DNA of 64,000 nucleotides. Source: the human T2T-CHM13v2.0 reference genome, Homo sapiens. Made by a program: the position numbers and the translations under genes. The DNA is taken from assembly GCF_009914755.1 (NCBI RefSeq), contig NC_060925.1, one strand, 5' to 3'. Position 1 is the stretch's first letter. Every line of letters starts with the position of its first letter. Below are positions 15,969-34,025 of the stretch, piece by piece. A model generated the notes under the pieces. It made no database searches. It worked only from the letters and a program-made list of their open reading frames with translations, and was not told where the DNA came from.

Positions 15969-17504
15969 GGAATTTTTTTTTTTTTTAAAGAATAATTATC
16001 AAAGTCAGAGATACCTGTAGGTTTAAATGTTTAAATGTAATAGTTTCTCAAATTACTGTATACTAGGTGTAGAGTAGTGCTTTTGGAAATCAGTGATTTA
16101 TTAGCCACACAGATTTTATTATCCCATATATATACGGTTTTGTAAAGATAAACATTGTTAATAAAATAAACTTATTTCAATACATTGCTTGTTTCTACTC
16201 ATATTTCTTTCCTTTTGGACAGACACTCCTACAACTTTCTAACCCTTCTAAATTAAAAGATAGTAATTGATAAAAAAGTAATTTTAAGGTACTTCTCAAG
16301 GGAGTTATTTATTATAATGTATAAAATGTGTAAATTATGATTAGGCAGCCAGTGACAATTTTTTAGTGGAGATTGAATCTCATCTTTTTGTAAGGAGTTT
16401 ATGAAGTCAGTGTCCTTTGAATATCATTAGAGTCAGTATGTACTGAAATGGATAATTTTGCGTGTCGATTACTCTTTAGTGCATCTTGAATACATCTGCA
16501 TTCTAGATTACCAGGTTCTTCATAATATGTTGCCAAGTTACAGTGTATTTATTATATGAAGATTAGTAACTTCTGACTTTTGCCTCTTTTTTTAGCCATT
16601 GGGGAAAAGTTAGTGAAATATTTGTATTTTGTTTCTTTAGTCTTGAAATTTCAGTGAAAGCTGAAAAATGTATGATTTTAGTATTGAAAAATGACGGTCA
16701 ATTGTGACAAACGTAAGATATACTGATAATTCCTTAAGGCAGGACACCAAAGGCATATAAGTAATCATAACAACCATAGACACTATGATAGCTCTACTGT
16801 GGGTTTCATTGCTTCCTAAAATAGGATGAATCAAGTTATAAGTGCTTAGAAGGTTTAGAAGCTTCTGGTAGCATGGAGCTTATGTTACAAGTATGCTTTA
16901 GGTCAGTGTTTTTAAAATGTTTTAAAAATGATCCATGATAAAAGTACATTTATGTGGCAACCTGTGATATACACAACGAAAATAAAGGATTCTCTAGGTG
17001 TTTATATAAACCTTACTAGATGGGATGCATTCTGTTTTTTTTCATATTGTTACAACTGTTGGTGTTGAACTGGTAGAGTACGCACTAATGAGTCTCAGCT
17101 TGAGGTTTGGAAAATTGTTCTAGATGGTGTGTAGTTCTTGTAATTTAATGTTGCTTCAGGTTTAAGGTGGGCAGGCTTCCCCAAGTACTTGAAGGAGATT
17201 AAAAAATTTTTTTTTTAAACACTGCTGATGGCTCCACAGGGAAAATGTAAATAGTGAAACTTCATGTACATCTTGGACAAAATAACTAGGGTCGAACACT
17301 TTTAAATAGATATCTATTGTGGGATTGCTGACTTGTATGGTAAGTATGTTTAACTTTATAAAAAACTTCCAGACTGTCTTCCAAAGTAATTCTACCATAC
17401 TGCATTCCCACCAGCAGTATATGAGAGTTCCAATTGCTCCACATTCTCATCAGCATTTGGTGTAGTGAGTCTTCCTAATTGTAGCCTTCATGGTAGGCGT
17501 GTAG

Positions 17505-17829
<325 letters not shown>

Positions 17830-18361
17830 TTTAATTTGCATTTCTCTAGTGGTTAATGATGTTGAGTATCTTTTGTGGCTTTTGTTTTTGTCATCCATAT
17901 AGTCTGGTTAAATGTTCAGGTTTACCTTTTTAATATTGTAAGAATTCTATAATTCTTTATATAACAGTCCTTAATCAGATATGTACTTTACAAATATTTT
18001 CTGTCAGTTTATGTCTTTTTCTTAACAGGTTCTTTTATAGTTCATACTTTTTATGTCCTATCTAAGAATCTTTACCTAATCCAAGGTAACAAAGATTTTT
18101 ACTTTTTTTTTCCTGGAGATTTTATCTTTTTACCTCTTACATTTAGGTCTGTGAACAATTTCGAGTTAAGTTTTACATATGTTGTAAGAGTCAAGTTTCA
18201 TTTCTTTGCATATTAATGTGCAATTGATCTAACAGTGTGTGGAAAGACTACTTTTTTCCCTTTGTTGAAAATCAATTGACCATAAATGTTTAAGTCAATT
18301 TCCTAGCCACATTCCATTGATCTAGCTTCATGTCTTTATACCGAGGATTGAAATCAGCTAG

Positions 18362-18674
<313 letters not shown>

Positions 18675-19312
18675 GAAATTTGGTCTTTTTTAAAAAAATT
18701 TATAGTTATCCTGGCTATTCTGAACCCTTTCTATTTCCATAAAAATTTTAGAACTAGCTTGTCAATTTCTACAAAAAGACTTGGGATTTTGTGTTGAATC
18801 TATATATTATTTCAGGGAGAACTGACATGTTTACAATATGAATCTTCTCATCTGTGGTTCTGGTTTGTCTCCGTGTATTAAGCATTCTTTGATTCTCTCA
18901 GCAGTGATTTGTATTTTTTGGTGTTAGGTTTATCCTTAAATATTTCATATTTGTAATGCTATTTTAGATGATATTTTTATTTATTTTTACTTTTTATTTG
19001 TACAAATTTATGGGTACATATGCAGTTTTGTTACATGCATAGATTATGCTGCAGTCAAGTGAGGGCTTTTAAGGTATCCATCACCTGAATAACGTTCTTT
19101 GTCCTCATTAACGAATTTCTCATCATCCTCCCACCTCCTCATTCTTCCACTCCATTATGTATCATTCCACTCTGCATCTGTGTGAACACGTTTGTTTAGA
19201 ACACACTTATGAGTCAGAACATCATACTTGTCTTTGTGTGCCTGGTTTGTTTAACCTAAGATAATGACCTCTAGTTCCATCCACGTTGCTGTATATGTCA
19301 TGATTTCATTCA

Positions 19313-19607
<295 letters not shown>

Positions 19608-20949
19608 GATTTCATTCTTTGTTATGGCTGAATAGTATTCCATTGTGTATATATACCACATTTTCTTTACCTGTTCATCCATTGATGGACACTTAGGTTG
19701 ATTCCATATCTTTGCTGTTGTGAATAGTGCTGCAGTAAACATACTGGTGCACATATCTTTTAGATATATTAATTTCTTTTCTTTTTGTAAAAATCTAGTA
19801 GTGGGATTGCTAGATGGAAAGATAGTTCTATTTTTAATTCTTGGAGAAATCTCCATACTGTTTTCCATAGAGGCTGTACTAATTTACATTCCCACCAATG
19901 GTATATAAGAGTTCCCTTTTTTTCACATGATAACCAACATTGTCTGTCTTTTTAATAAAAGACATTCTGACTAGGATAAGGTGATATCTCATTGTGAATT
20001 TGATTTGCATTTCTCTTATGACTGGTAATGTTGAGCATTTTTTCATATACCTGTTGGGTGTATGCTTTTGAAAAATGTCTATTCATGTGTTTTGCCTTCT
20101 TTTTAATAGGATTGTTAGATTTTTTTGGTTGTTGAATCGTTTGAGTTCCTTGTGTAGTCTGGATATTAGTCCCCTGTTGGATGAATAATTTGCAGATATT
20201 TTCTGTCATTCAACAGGATTGGTTGTCTCTTCAATCTGTTATTTCTTTTGCCATGCAGAAGCTTTTTAGTTTAATTGAGTCCCATTTGTCTGTTTTCTAG
20301 TATCTTTATAGTTTTGGGTCTTACACTTAAGTCTTTAATCCACCTTGAGTTGATTTTTATGTATTAGTGAGAGATAAGAGTTCAATTGCATTCTTCTGCA
20401 TATGGATATCTAATTTTCTCAGCACCATTGATTGAAGAGGGTTTCGTTTCCACAGTGTATGTTCTTGTCGGCTTTGTCAAACATCAGTTGGCTGCAAGTA
20501 TGCGGCTTTATTTCTGGGTTCTCTATGCTGTTCCATTGACCTGTGTGTCTTATTTTTATACCAGTAACCTGCTGTTCTGGTTAGTATAGTCTTGTAATAT
20601 AATTTGAAGTTAGATAATGTGATGCCTCTAGCTTTATTCTTTTTGCTCAGCATTGCTTTGGCTATTGGGGCTTCTTTTTGGTTCCATATGAATTTTAGGA
20701 TTGTTTTTTCTAATTTTGCAAAAAATTAACTTGGTATTTTGATAGGGATTGTATAGAATATGTAGGCTGCTTTGTACAGTATGGTCATTTTAATGATATT
20801 CTTCTGAATATCCAGTGATCATGGGATGTTTTTCCATTTGTGTCATGTATAATTTCTTTTAGCTGTGTTTTGTAGTTCTCCTTGTAGGGATTTTACCTCT
20901 GGTTAAATATATTCCTAGTTTGTGTGTGTGTGTATGTGTGTGTTTATAA

Positions 20950-21264
20950 TTTCTTTTTTCTTTTTTTCTTTTTTGAGACGGAGTCTCACTCTGTCACCCA
21001 GGCTGGAGTGCAGTGGCACAATCTCGGCTTACTACAACCTCCGGCTCCCAGGTTCAAGCACTTCTCCTGCCTGAGCCTCCAGAGTAGCTGGGACTACAAG
21101 TGCGCACCACTATGCCCAGCTAATTTTTGTGTGTGTGTGTATTTTTAGTAGAGACAGGGTTTCACCATGTTGGCCAGGATGGTCTCGATCTCTTGACCTT
21201 GTGATCCACCCACCTTGGCCTCCCAAAGTGCTGGGATTACAGGCGTGAGCCACCACACCCGGCC
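20950..21264 (-). mobile_element. Alu (AluSc-like)
   Basis: Alu reverse complement; (GT)n in the mid linker. Confidence 0.92.
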
Positions 21265-21398
21265 TTTTTTTTTTTGTTATTTGTAGCTATTGTAAATGGG
21301 ATTGTGTTCTTGATTTGGTTTTCATCTTGAATCATTATTGGTGTGTAGAAACACTACTAATTTTTGTATGTTGATTTTGTATCTTGCAAGTTTACTGA

Positions 21399-21719
<321 letters not shown>

Positions 21720-24005
21720 AAATCTAAGAGTTTTTGTGGGGAGTCTTTAGGTTTTTCTAGATATAAGATCATATCATCAGGAAACAGGGATAATTTGACT
21801 CCTTCCTTTATAATTTTGATGCCTTTTGTTTCATTCTCTTGCCTGATTGCTCTGGTTAGGACTTCCAATACTATATTGAAGAGTGGTGAAAGTAGGCATC
21901 CTTGTTTTCTTCCAGTTCTTAAAGGAATGCTTTCATCTTTTCCCTATTCAGTATGATGTTAGTTACAGGTTTATCATATATGGCCTTTATTATTTTGAGG
22001 TATGATCTTTCTGTGCCTAGTTTACTAAGGGTTTTTCTTATGAAGGGATGTTGAATTTTATTAAATTCTTTTTTCGCGTCTATTAAGATGATCATATGGT
22101 TTTTGCCCTTCATTCTGTTGATATGATGTATCACATTTATTGATTTGCATATGTTGACCTATCCTTGCATTCCTGGTATAAAACCCACTTGATCATGGTG
22201 TATTATCTTTTTGATTTGGTGTTGGATTTGGTTTGCTAGTATTTTGTTGAGGATTTTTGCATTTGTGTTCATTAATCTGTAGTTTTCTTTTTATTCTGTA
22301 TCCTTTGTTTTGTGTCCTTCTTTGGTTTTGTTATCAGGGCGATAATGGCCTTATAGAATAAGTTAGGGAGAGGCCTGTCCTTGATTTTTTGGAATAGTTT
22401 CAGGAGTATTGATATTACTTCTTCTTTGTACATTTGGTAGAATTCGGCTGTGAAGCCATCTGGTACTGGGCTTTTCTTTGTTGGGAGATTGTAAAAATTA
22501 CTGATTAATTCTTGCTGCTCATTATTGGTCTATTCAGATTTTCTGTTTCTTTCTGGTTCATTCTTGGTAGGTTGTGTTTTTCTGGGAATGTATCTATTTC
22601 CTGTAGGTTTTCTAGTTTATGAGTATATAGTTCATTATAGTCTGTGATGATCTTTGTACTTCTGTGGAATCAGTTGTAATGTCTCCTTTTTCATTTCTGA
22701 TTTTATTTGGCTCTTCTCCCTTCTTTTCTTGGTTAGTCTGGAAAGTGGTTTATCAATTTTTTTTATCTCTTTGAGGAACCAGCTTTTCATTTCATTGACC
22801 TTTTGTGGGTTTTTTTTTTCAGTCCATATTTCATTTAGTTCTGCTCTGATCTTTATTTCTTTTCTTCTGCTAGTTTTGGGTTTGGTTTTTTCTTGGTTTT
22901 CTGGTTCCTCGAGGTGCGTTCTTAGATTATTAACTTGTAATCTTTCTCCTTTTTGATGTAGGAATTTATTGCTGTGTTCTTCTTAGCACTGCTTTTGCTG
23001 TATCCCACAGGTTTTGGTATGTTGTGTTTACATTTTCATTTGTTTCAAAAACATTTTTTTAAATTTCTGTCTTAATTTCTTCATTGACCCTATTGTCATT
23101 CAGGAGCATGTTGTTTAATTGTTGTGTATTTGTAAGGTTTGTAAATTTTCTCTTGGTATTGATTTCTAGTTTTATTCTGCTGTTGTCTGAGAAGGCACTT
23201 GATGTGATTTCAGTTTTAAAAAATTTGTTGAGACTTTGTTTTGTGGCTTAACATATGGTCTGTCTTGGAGAATGTTCCATATGCTGATGAAAATATTGTA
23301 TATTCTGCAGTTGTTGGATAGAATGTTTTGTAAATGTCTGTTAAGTTCATTTGGTCTAAAGTCCAGTTTAAGTCCAGTGTTTCTTTGCTGATTCTTTGTC
23401 TAGATGATCTGTCTAATGCTGTAAGTGGGGTGTTGAATTTTCACACTATTGTGTTGCAGTGTATCTCTTTCTTTAGGTCTAGTAATACTTGTTTTATGAC
23501 TCTTAGTACTCCAGTGTCGGGTGCAAATATGTATTTAGAATTGTTATATATTCTTGCTGAATTGGTCTCTTTAATATTATATAACGACTTTCTTAGTCCT
23601 TTTTTTTTTTTTTTAACTGTTTTTAGATGGTTTTTTCTCTTGCCATTTTTAGGATTCACTCTTCACTTTGACTTCAGACAGTCTGATTATAATGTTGCCA
23701 TGGTGGAGACCTTTTTACACTGTATTTGTCTGGTGATTGCTGAGCCTCTCATATCTGGATCTCTAAATCTCTTAACTAGCAGTCATCTGTCCTGTGCCAA
23801 GGATGAAATAATTTTGTGTTTTGTCTCTCCTTGGTAGAGTTTGTCACCCCCAAGTAAGAACTAAGGCTCTGAGAAAATAAGTTTTGCCCAACCTAAGTGT
23901 AGTATGTTCAAGTCAGATATTTAAACCTAATCCAACATTTCTTGCCCCAACCATCTCTATAAGTAATAATTCTCAACTAGTCTAGTAAAGGAGATAGGTA
24001 TGTGA

Positions 24006-24438
<433 letters not shown>

Positions 24439-24708
24439 TAATACAGATTCCAGAACAGAATGAATATCATGATCCCAGTCATTTATTCACTGATTCAGCA
24501 AACGTATATTGAATGCATACTTTGTGGCAGGCACTGTATTAGGTATTTGGAATACATGGGTCAATAAAGCAGTGTTCTTATGGAGTTTATAACCTATTAA
24601 TATAAAAGAATGCCAGAGTAGAGTCAGAATTATAAGAGGCAGCTTGAAGTACAGAAAGACTTGAGTTGGAAGCCACAATGGTAAGTTCATCCATAACAAG
24701 TGTGTAAT

Positions 24709-25230
24709 TCTTGGGAGAAGATTCTTCATAGCTCTTTGGATTTCTGAACATCTTCGGAGCAGAGGCACTAGTCGTTTTGTTCTGGACTATCTTCTCAGTG
24801 AGGTTTATATAGTGAATAGCCTTGGAATATATAACAATTCTAAATATATATTTGCACCCAACACTGGAGTACTGAGAGCCTCTTGAGCCAAGGACAAATT
24901 TGTTGTTCAGTTTAATAATGTCTCCTTAGGGATAAAGGTCGGGCAGGTTTGCTTGATAAAAGATTTAGGTTCCCCAAGTTCAAGATTCCTCAGCTGTGAT
25001 TAAAACCCATTACATGCACAGCATCTATCCAGGCATCTTCAAGTTTCCCTATGAGACTTGGATTACAGGAAGAACCAATGTAAACCTGAAGCTCATACTG
25101 CTTGCCATACATGAGTAGTAAATTTTTTTGCCTCTGACTTAGGAGTTTGGTGTCTTTTGCTAGCATCCAAGAAAGGTAGCAGTCCAATTGGTTACCTTGC
25201 AAATAGGCCAGACTCTTCACAGCTTTTAAT
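24709..25230 (+). mobile_element. LTR40-like ERVL solo LTR
   Basis: gagcagaggcact...ggactatctt...aaaagatttaggttcccc...tgtcttttgctagcatcca...cttcacag follows the recalled LTR40 consensus. Confidence 0.7.
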
Positions 25231-26729
25231 AGCATTCAGATGTGAGTTTATTTTAATTTTAATTTGAGGAGGCTCAGTTTTATTAAGGTACTGTTCTTAT
25301 TTTGTGGTGGGTTTTTGCTTCTATTTCTTGGTATTACATTTAATTACTAAAAGGGTAGTGGATGTTTTTGCTAGTTTGCTCTAGAAGCACACTTTATGAG
25401 ATGTCTGGACGATGCAATAAATTTTATCTCCAAAGTCATGTATAAAAATGTCATTCAAAAGCTATCTATTTAACCACAATGTGTTATGCCTCTATACATG
25501 TTCTAATGTGCAAACGTCATATAGAAGAGTTCTTGCTAAAACAGCTTACTTTATCTTCTATTCTTAGGTTCTGCCACCATTTTCTCCAGACTGAAGTGGC
25601 TAGAGCCATGTTTCAAACGCAGGTTTTAAAATTTTGACAAAGTTTCCAATACTTTAATATTTTAATGTGTTTTAATTGCTGTCATATTGTTAATTTGAAT
25701 ACTTTGTTTCTTAACTCGTATAACTCAATGAGATTACCAATCCTTTGACCAAAATGAAATGAGTTTTTAAAAATTTATCTTTTTTACTGAAGTTAGAATC
25801 TTTTTACAAGCGAAAATCAGATTTGAAAAGTTAATTACCTGAAGTACAACCTACTTCATGAAAACATGTTACTGAATTTCTCTAGGTTGTTTTATTTCAG
25901 TAAGTTTAGAAACCATAGAGCATCTCCCTCCCCAAAATAAAAGCCCCCATAATTATCCATAATTTTTTTTTAACTTATATGTTCATCCTTTACCTAGCCA
26001 TCTTACCAGTTAAATAACATGGAGAAAGAAGTAAAACAAATTGGCTTCAAGAGGCTCTTGATTTTGACATGGAATGGCAAGAAAGTGCAATAGAGAAATC
26101 TGCCCTTTGTGACAGTATACAGAAAGTATAGGCAGATACAATTTTATGAGAGATCTCATCAGCCTGATTACTTAATTATTGTTCTTTGTTGTAAATTCAG
26201 CCTTCTTTCATTACAGCTTCTGAATAAACATGCTTTTTGATCTGTGTTTGGTAAAGATGATTCATTCCTTAAAGGGACAGATTTCTCTTTTTCAAAGAAG
26301 GAACTTACTCTGTTTTTGCAGTATTTAAACTGTTCTGCTATTGATGGACATTTATGCTGATTTTTAATGCCATATTTCATCATTGTAATGTTAACTTTAA
26401 CGTTTCTGAAATTGAGAAATGCTTAAAAATAGTTGGTACTTACTATTGCTGTTTGCCATCCTATTTAAAATTAAAAACCTTACTCCCTACCTGCAGTCAT
26501 CTTTTATCTCTTTTTCCTGCTTTATTTTTCTGCATAGCACTGTACTAACTTATAGCACTTACACCGATTATTGTTTTTCTCCTCTCATAAGCAGGCAGAA
26601 ATCTTTTTGTTTTATTTTACCACCGTAAAATATACTTTACCTGACACAGAGTGAGTACTCAATAAATATTTGTTGAATGAATAAATGAAGAAATGTACGA
26701 GTGTTTATTGTGGTCCAGATACTGTGCTA

Positions 26730-27099
<370 letters not shown>

Positions 27100-27264
27100 T
27101 TAGGCGGAGGTTAAATTGCCCAGTATCACTCAGTTTATAAATGGTGGAGCTGAAATTAGAGCATGAATTTACTTTTCATGCCAGATCCTAGGCTCCTAAT
27201 TTCTGTGTTATATTTTTCTCAGTATTTGTGTGATTTATTTAATTTGTTCTTTCTTTTTAAACAG

Positions 27265-27326
27265 GAAGAAGAGAATTTATCCAAAGATTAAAACTTGAAG
27301 CAACCCTTAATGTGCATGATGGTTGT
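27265..27326 (+). CDS. DCAF6: DCAF6 exon 2
   Basis: ttctttttaaacag|GA; (G)RREFIQRLKLEATLNVHDGC; 62 nt; donor TGT|GTAAGT; phase matches exon 1. Confidence 0.96.
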
Positions 27327-27653
27327 GTAAGTAATAGTTAATTCTCAACTCTGAAGGGATTTGATACTAAGTGTTTAAGTGTTTGATGAAATGTCCCAAT
27401 CCTCCCAGAAAGGATTGTGACTATAATAAAATGGGAGAATAAAGTTTTACATTAAAATATAAAATTATATTTTGAATCTAGAAGAGTGTATGCAAGATTT
27501 TTTAAAGTGCAGATGAGTTTTCTAATATTATCGAAAGGCTTCCATCTCATTCACTGTACTGAAACTGCTTTTGTGACTTCATGTCTCCAAATGTGGTGTT
27601 CACTTCTTAGAAACTAGACATATCACTCAAACATATCCTCTTTTTTTTCATAC

Positions 27654-27980
27654 TTTTTTTTGTTTGTTTTTGTTTTTGTTTTTGAGACAGAGTCTTGCTC
27701 TGTTGCCCAGGCTGGAGTGCAGTGGCGCAATCTCGGCTCACTGCAAGCTCAGCCTCCCTGCAAGCTCCGCCTCCCGGGTTCACGTCATTCTCCTGCCTCA
27801 GCCTCCTGGGTAGCTGGGACTACAGGTGCCTGCCACCACGCCTGGCTAATTTTTTTGTATTTTTTAGTAGAGACAGGGTTTCACTGTGTTAGCCAGGATG
27901 GTGTTGATCTGACCTCGTGATCCTCCTGCCTCAGCCTCCCAAAGTGCTGGGATTACAGGTGTGAGCCACTGTGCCTGTCC
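27654..27980 (-). mobile_element. AluY-like with internal 17-bp duplication
   Basis: TSD catatcctctttttt; ctgcaagctc(a/c)gcctcc twice at 27741-27774. Confidence 0.93.
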
Positions 27981-28429
27981 CATATCCTCTTTTTTGAAAT
28001 ACTTTTTCTCTTGGCTTTTGCTAACACCATACTCTCTTGGTTTTCTTCCTATTTCAATCCATTGACTTGCTACATCTTCTCTGTCTCAGCTGACTCCTCC
28101 GCATATGTTCCTTCACATGTTGGTTGCACGAAGACCCTGTCTTGGTATCTCCCACCCTCTTTTCTCTCCAGCTCAAAATGACCCTATCTAGTCCCATGGC
28201 TAAAGAAAACATGACTTCTGCCTCTTCCCAGAGTTTTTATATCCAACTTTCTACTTAACATGTCCAGTTGCATGTCTAATAGGCATCCCAAATTTAGCAG
28301 ATCCAAAACAGAGCTCTTTTCAATTTTTATTATAAAAATTTCAAATGTACTTTTCATGTACTTGTGACCTAGACTTAGTAATTATCAAGATTTTGCCATA
28401 TTTTCTTTTCTATTTTATTTTCTTCCCCC

Positions 28430-28477
28430 ATCCACCTTGCTGAAGATCCACCTTGCTGAAGATCCGCCTTGCTGAAG
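28430..28477. repeat. 16-bp tandem repeat x3
   Basis: atccaccttgctgaag x2 + atccgccttgctgaag. Confidence 0.95.
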
Positions 28478-29065
28478 ATATATTATTTTACCTTCATATG
28501 TAAGCCTAAAAAGCGATTGACATTTTCTTATATAACCAAAATGCCATTAGGTAATTTAATAATATTGACTGTTTTTTCGGTATTAATCTAATATATAGTC
28601 CATATTTTCTTTGTTTTAAAATGTCTTTTTATTGTTATTTGTTCAAAAGATGATCCAAGGACACCTCTGCCTTGTATATTTTATGCCTTATACCTAGAAT
28701 TCTCTTCTCTCACTTACCTGTAAAGCTTACCTTCTCATTTTATTTAGCTCTCTTTTCAAATGTTGCCTACCAAAGCAGCATTCCCTGAACACCCTAATTA
28801 AACAGCATGCCACGCCTGGTCAGTATCTTTCTCCTTACATTATTATTATTATTGATAGTGCTTACTATCTGGCATTATAATTAACAAACCAATTTATTTG
28901 TTCATAGTCTACACTTTTGCCCCCCTGCCTTGGCATATTGGACCAAAAAAATACCTTCACAAATTTATTTTTTAAATTTACTATCAACAGGAATGCCTGA
29001 AACAGATGTGGCACTTTATGAATTATTCATTGATGAGACAAAGAGTATATTATGTGTTAGATTAA

Positions 29066-30215
<1,150 letters not shown>

Positions 30216-30224
30216 AAATTTTTG

Positions 30225-33200
30225 TATTTTTAAGAGCTTTATTGAGATATGATCAGCTGTACATATTTAAAGTGTACTATTTGATATGTTTAACACATGT
30301 AAACATACACAAAGTCATCACCACATTCATGATGATAAAATATCAATCATCCCCTAAAAGTTTGCCCATGTGCCCTCTCATTCCTTACACATCACCCTCA
30401 ACCCCAGTCAACCAATGATCTCTATTCTGTCACTATAAATCAGTTTGCATTTTCTAGAATTTTAAATAAACGGAATCATTGACTATGTATCCTTTTTTCA
30501 TTTGGCTTTTTTTACTTTAAATTTTACTTAGAATAATTATTTTGGGATTCATGTTGTTGAGTGTATCAATAATTTATTACTTTTTATTGCTGAGGAGCAT
30601 TTATTGTATGGATAAATCATAATGTTTATCTCTGTTCACCTGTCAGTGGACATTGGGTTGTATCCAGTTGAGGACTATTACAAATAAAGTTGCCATGAAT
30701 ATTCGTGTTGCGTCTTTGTATGAACATATGCTTTTATTCTTTTTTGATAAATACCTTTGAGTGGAATGAATGGGTCATATGGTAGGTACCTGCTTAACTG
30801 TTAAGAAACCAGTTGTTTTCCAGTATCGTTGTACCGTTTAACATTCCCAGTGTTAGTATGTAGAAATTCCAGTGGGTCCATGTCCTCACCAGCATTTGGT
30901 GTGGTCAGTTTTTTTTTTTTTTAAAGACATTCTAACAGGCATCTAGTAGTATCATGTTGTGGTTACATTTCCTGCCCCGTTAATTTTTAGATATTCATCT
31001 GTATTCTGGAAACTTCCTGAACTCTCATATTCATTCAAGTAGCTTTTTTTTTTCCTTAAGATTTTATAGGATATTCTATGTAAATAATCAAGTCATCTGA
31101 GAATTAAGTTAGTTTTACTTCTTTTCTAGTCTGGATTCCTTTTATTTCGTTTTCTTGACTTATTTCACTGGTTAGTATTCTATTATAAGATTGAATAGAA
31201 GGAGTGGAATCAGGCATCCTTGTCTTGTTCTGATCTTAGAAGGAAAACAGGGTCTCCCTCTGTTTCCCAGATTGGAGTGCAGTGGCACAATCATAGCTCA
31301 CTATAGCCTCGACCTCCTGGGCTCAAGCTATCTTCCCACCTCAGCCTCCTGAGTTAGCTGGGACCATAGGTGCATGCCACCACCCCAGCAAATGTGTTTG
31401 TTTTTTGTAGAGGTGGGGTCTCATTATGTTGCCCGTCTGGTCTTGAACTCCTGGGCTCAAGTGATACCTCCCACCTCAACCTCCCAAAGCAAAGTGCTGG
31501 GATTACAGGTATGAGCCGCTGTGCTTAGCTAAGAACATTGTCTCTTTCTATTTAGTATGATGTCATCAGTTTTTTCATGGATGCTTGTTGTCAGGTTGAG
31601 GATGTTCTCCTCTATTACTAACTTGCTAAGAGCTATCATGAATCATTGCTGGATTTTGCCAAGTGTCTTTTTTTTTTCCTGGGAAATGTCTAACTATAAT
31701 TCCATTTATTTAGTAAAAATAAACTATTCAGGGTATCTATGTCTTGAGTGAACCTTGTTTAATATGTGTGCTTCACTGAATTTATTTTATGTAAATTATT
31801 GAATTTATTGACATAAAATTGTTCATAATATTCCCTTATGTTTTTAAGTATCTGTAGAATCTGTAGTGTATGTTACTGTGTTTCTCATTACTGATATTGG
31901 TAATATTTTCTCCATGTTTTTTCCTGATTAGTTTGGCTAGAGGCTTGTTAATTTTGTCTTCTCCAAGAACCAACCTCTGGTCTCATTAATTGTCTCCGTT
32001 GTTTTTCTGTTTTCTATTTCATTGATTTCTGCTAATATATTTATTATTTGAGTCTTCTGCAGACTTTGGGTTTCATTTGCTCTTTGTTTTGTAATTTTTT
32101 GAGTGGAAGCTGAGGTCATTGATATGAGACCGTTGTCTTTTCTAAAATAGAGGTTTCTTTGGTGCTGTAAATTTTCTTCTAAATATTGTTTTAGCTGTAA
32201 TCCATAAATTGAGATATGTTGCATTTTTATTTTCATTGAGTTCAAAATACTTTTTAATTTATTTTGTAATTTCTTCTTTGACCATCTGTTATTTCTATGG
32301 CCATCTGTTATTTCTTAGTTTTCCAACGTATCTTTATGTTAATGATTTCTGATTTAATTCCATTTTGGTCAGAGAACATACTTTCAATGACTTGTAGTCT
32401 TCTATTTAAATATATTAAGGTTTGTTTTGTGGCCCAGAATGTTGTCTCTATTGGTAAATGTTTCTTGTACACTTAAAAAATGTATATTTTGCTGTTTTTT
32501 AGTTGTTACAAGCATGATGATAAACCTGGTCCATGTGCTGACATGTTGACTATAAGTGGACATTTATTTTTTTTTTAATTTAGATGTGCTCACATACTAT
32601 AAAACTGACGCATCTTAAGTGTTCAATTCGGTGGTTTTTAGTGTATTTGTAAAGTTGTGGAGCCATCACCACTATTTAATTCCTCTAATTTTATCATCTG
32701 AAAAAGAGTACCAATTATCAGTCACCATTTCCCCTCTATTTAGCAGTTAGCAATCACTAATACTTTCTGTCTCTACCAATGTGCGTATTCTGACATTTCA
32801 TATAAATGGAACCATACAATATTGGCTGTTAATGTAAGGGTTCTTTCACTTAGTGTAATGTTTTCAAGGTTAATCCATGTTGTAGTATGTGTCAGTATTT
32901 CATTCCTTTTTATGATTGAATAAATATTTCATTGTACACATATACCACATTTAATATTTCATTGTACAGATATACCACATTTAATCTGTTCATCAGTTGT
33001 TGGATATTTGGGTTGTTTCCATTTTTTGGCAATTATGAATAATGCTGCTGTGAACATTTGTGTACAAATTTTTGTGTGTTGTAAGTTTTCAATTATCTTG
33101 GCTGTATACCTAGTTGCAGAATTGCTAGGTCATATGGTAAACTGATATCTCACTTTTTGAGGAGGTATCAAAACTGTTTTCCAAAGAGCTGTACCATTTT

Positions 33201-34025
33201 ACATTTCTGACAGCAACATACAGGGTTCCAGTTTCTTGACATCCTTGCCAACTCTTATTTTCTGTTTCTTTAAAAAATTATTATAATCATCCTAGTGGAT
33301 GTGAAGTGGTAATTTGTTGTGATTTTGGTTTTTATTTCTCTGATGACTAATGATGTTGAGCATCTTTCTATGTGCATATGAAGGTATGAGTCATTTACAT
33401 ACCTTCTTTGGAGAAATGTCTATTTAAATCCTTTACCTATTTTTAATTGGATTGTTTGTCTTTTTGTTGTTGAGTTGTGTTTGTATATTCTGGGACTCTT
33501 GTCATGGGACTCTTATCAGATATATGATTTGCAAATATTTCCCTTCATTCTATGGGTTGTCTTTTTGCCTTCCTCATAGTGTCCTTTAATGTACAAAAGT
33601 TTTTAATTTTGGTGAAGTCTAATTTCTTTTTGCTGTTTGCTTGGGCTGTTGGTGCCGTATTTAAGAAACTTGCTTAATCACTGGTCGTGAAGATTTATAC
33701 CTGTTTTCTTCTAAGAGTTGTATAGTTTTAGCTCTTCTGTTTAGATATTTGATCTATTTTCAGTTAATTTTTATATGGTATAAAGTAGGGGTCCAAGGTG
33801 TTTTTTTTTGTTTTTTTTTTGGTGGCGATTATCTAGTTGTCTCAGCACCATTTGGTGAAAAGACTTTTCTTTCATTGAATGGTCTTGGATCTCTTGTCAA
33901 AAAATCACTTGACCATAAATAGAAGAGTTTATTTCTGAACTCTTAATTCCATTACATTGATCTGTATGTGTTTGTTTTTGCCAGTGCCACACAGTCTTGA
34001 TTACTGTAGTTTTGTAATAAGTTTT
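30225..34025 (-). mobile_element. Two or more old L1M fragments with an AluJ (~31250-31530)
   Basis: L1 3'UTR-type motifs (tcagtttgcattttctagaatt, ataaatggaaccatac) and ORF2 peptide EINEIENRKTTETINETRGWFLEK. Confidence 0.8.

Noticed and set aside
28430-28477. CRISPR-like short repeat array
   Set aside because: Contiguous tandem units with no spacers, in a eukaryotic intron.
32340-32490. Possible third copy of the 36087/37457 segment (also ~23150-23310)
   Set aside because: Much lower identity; homologous region of independent L1 copies.
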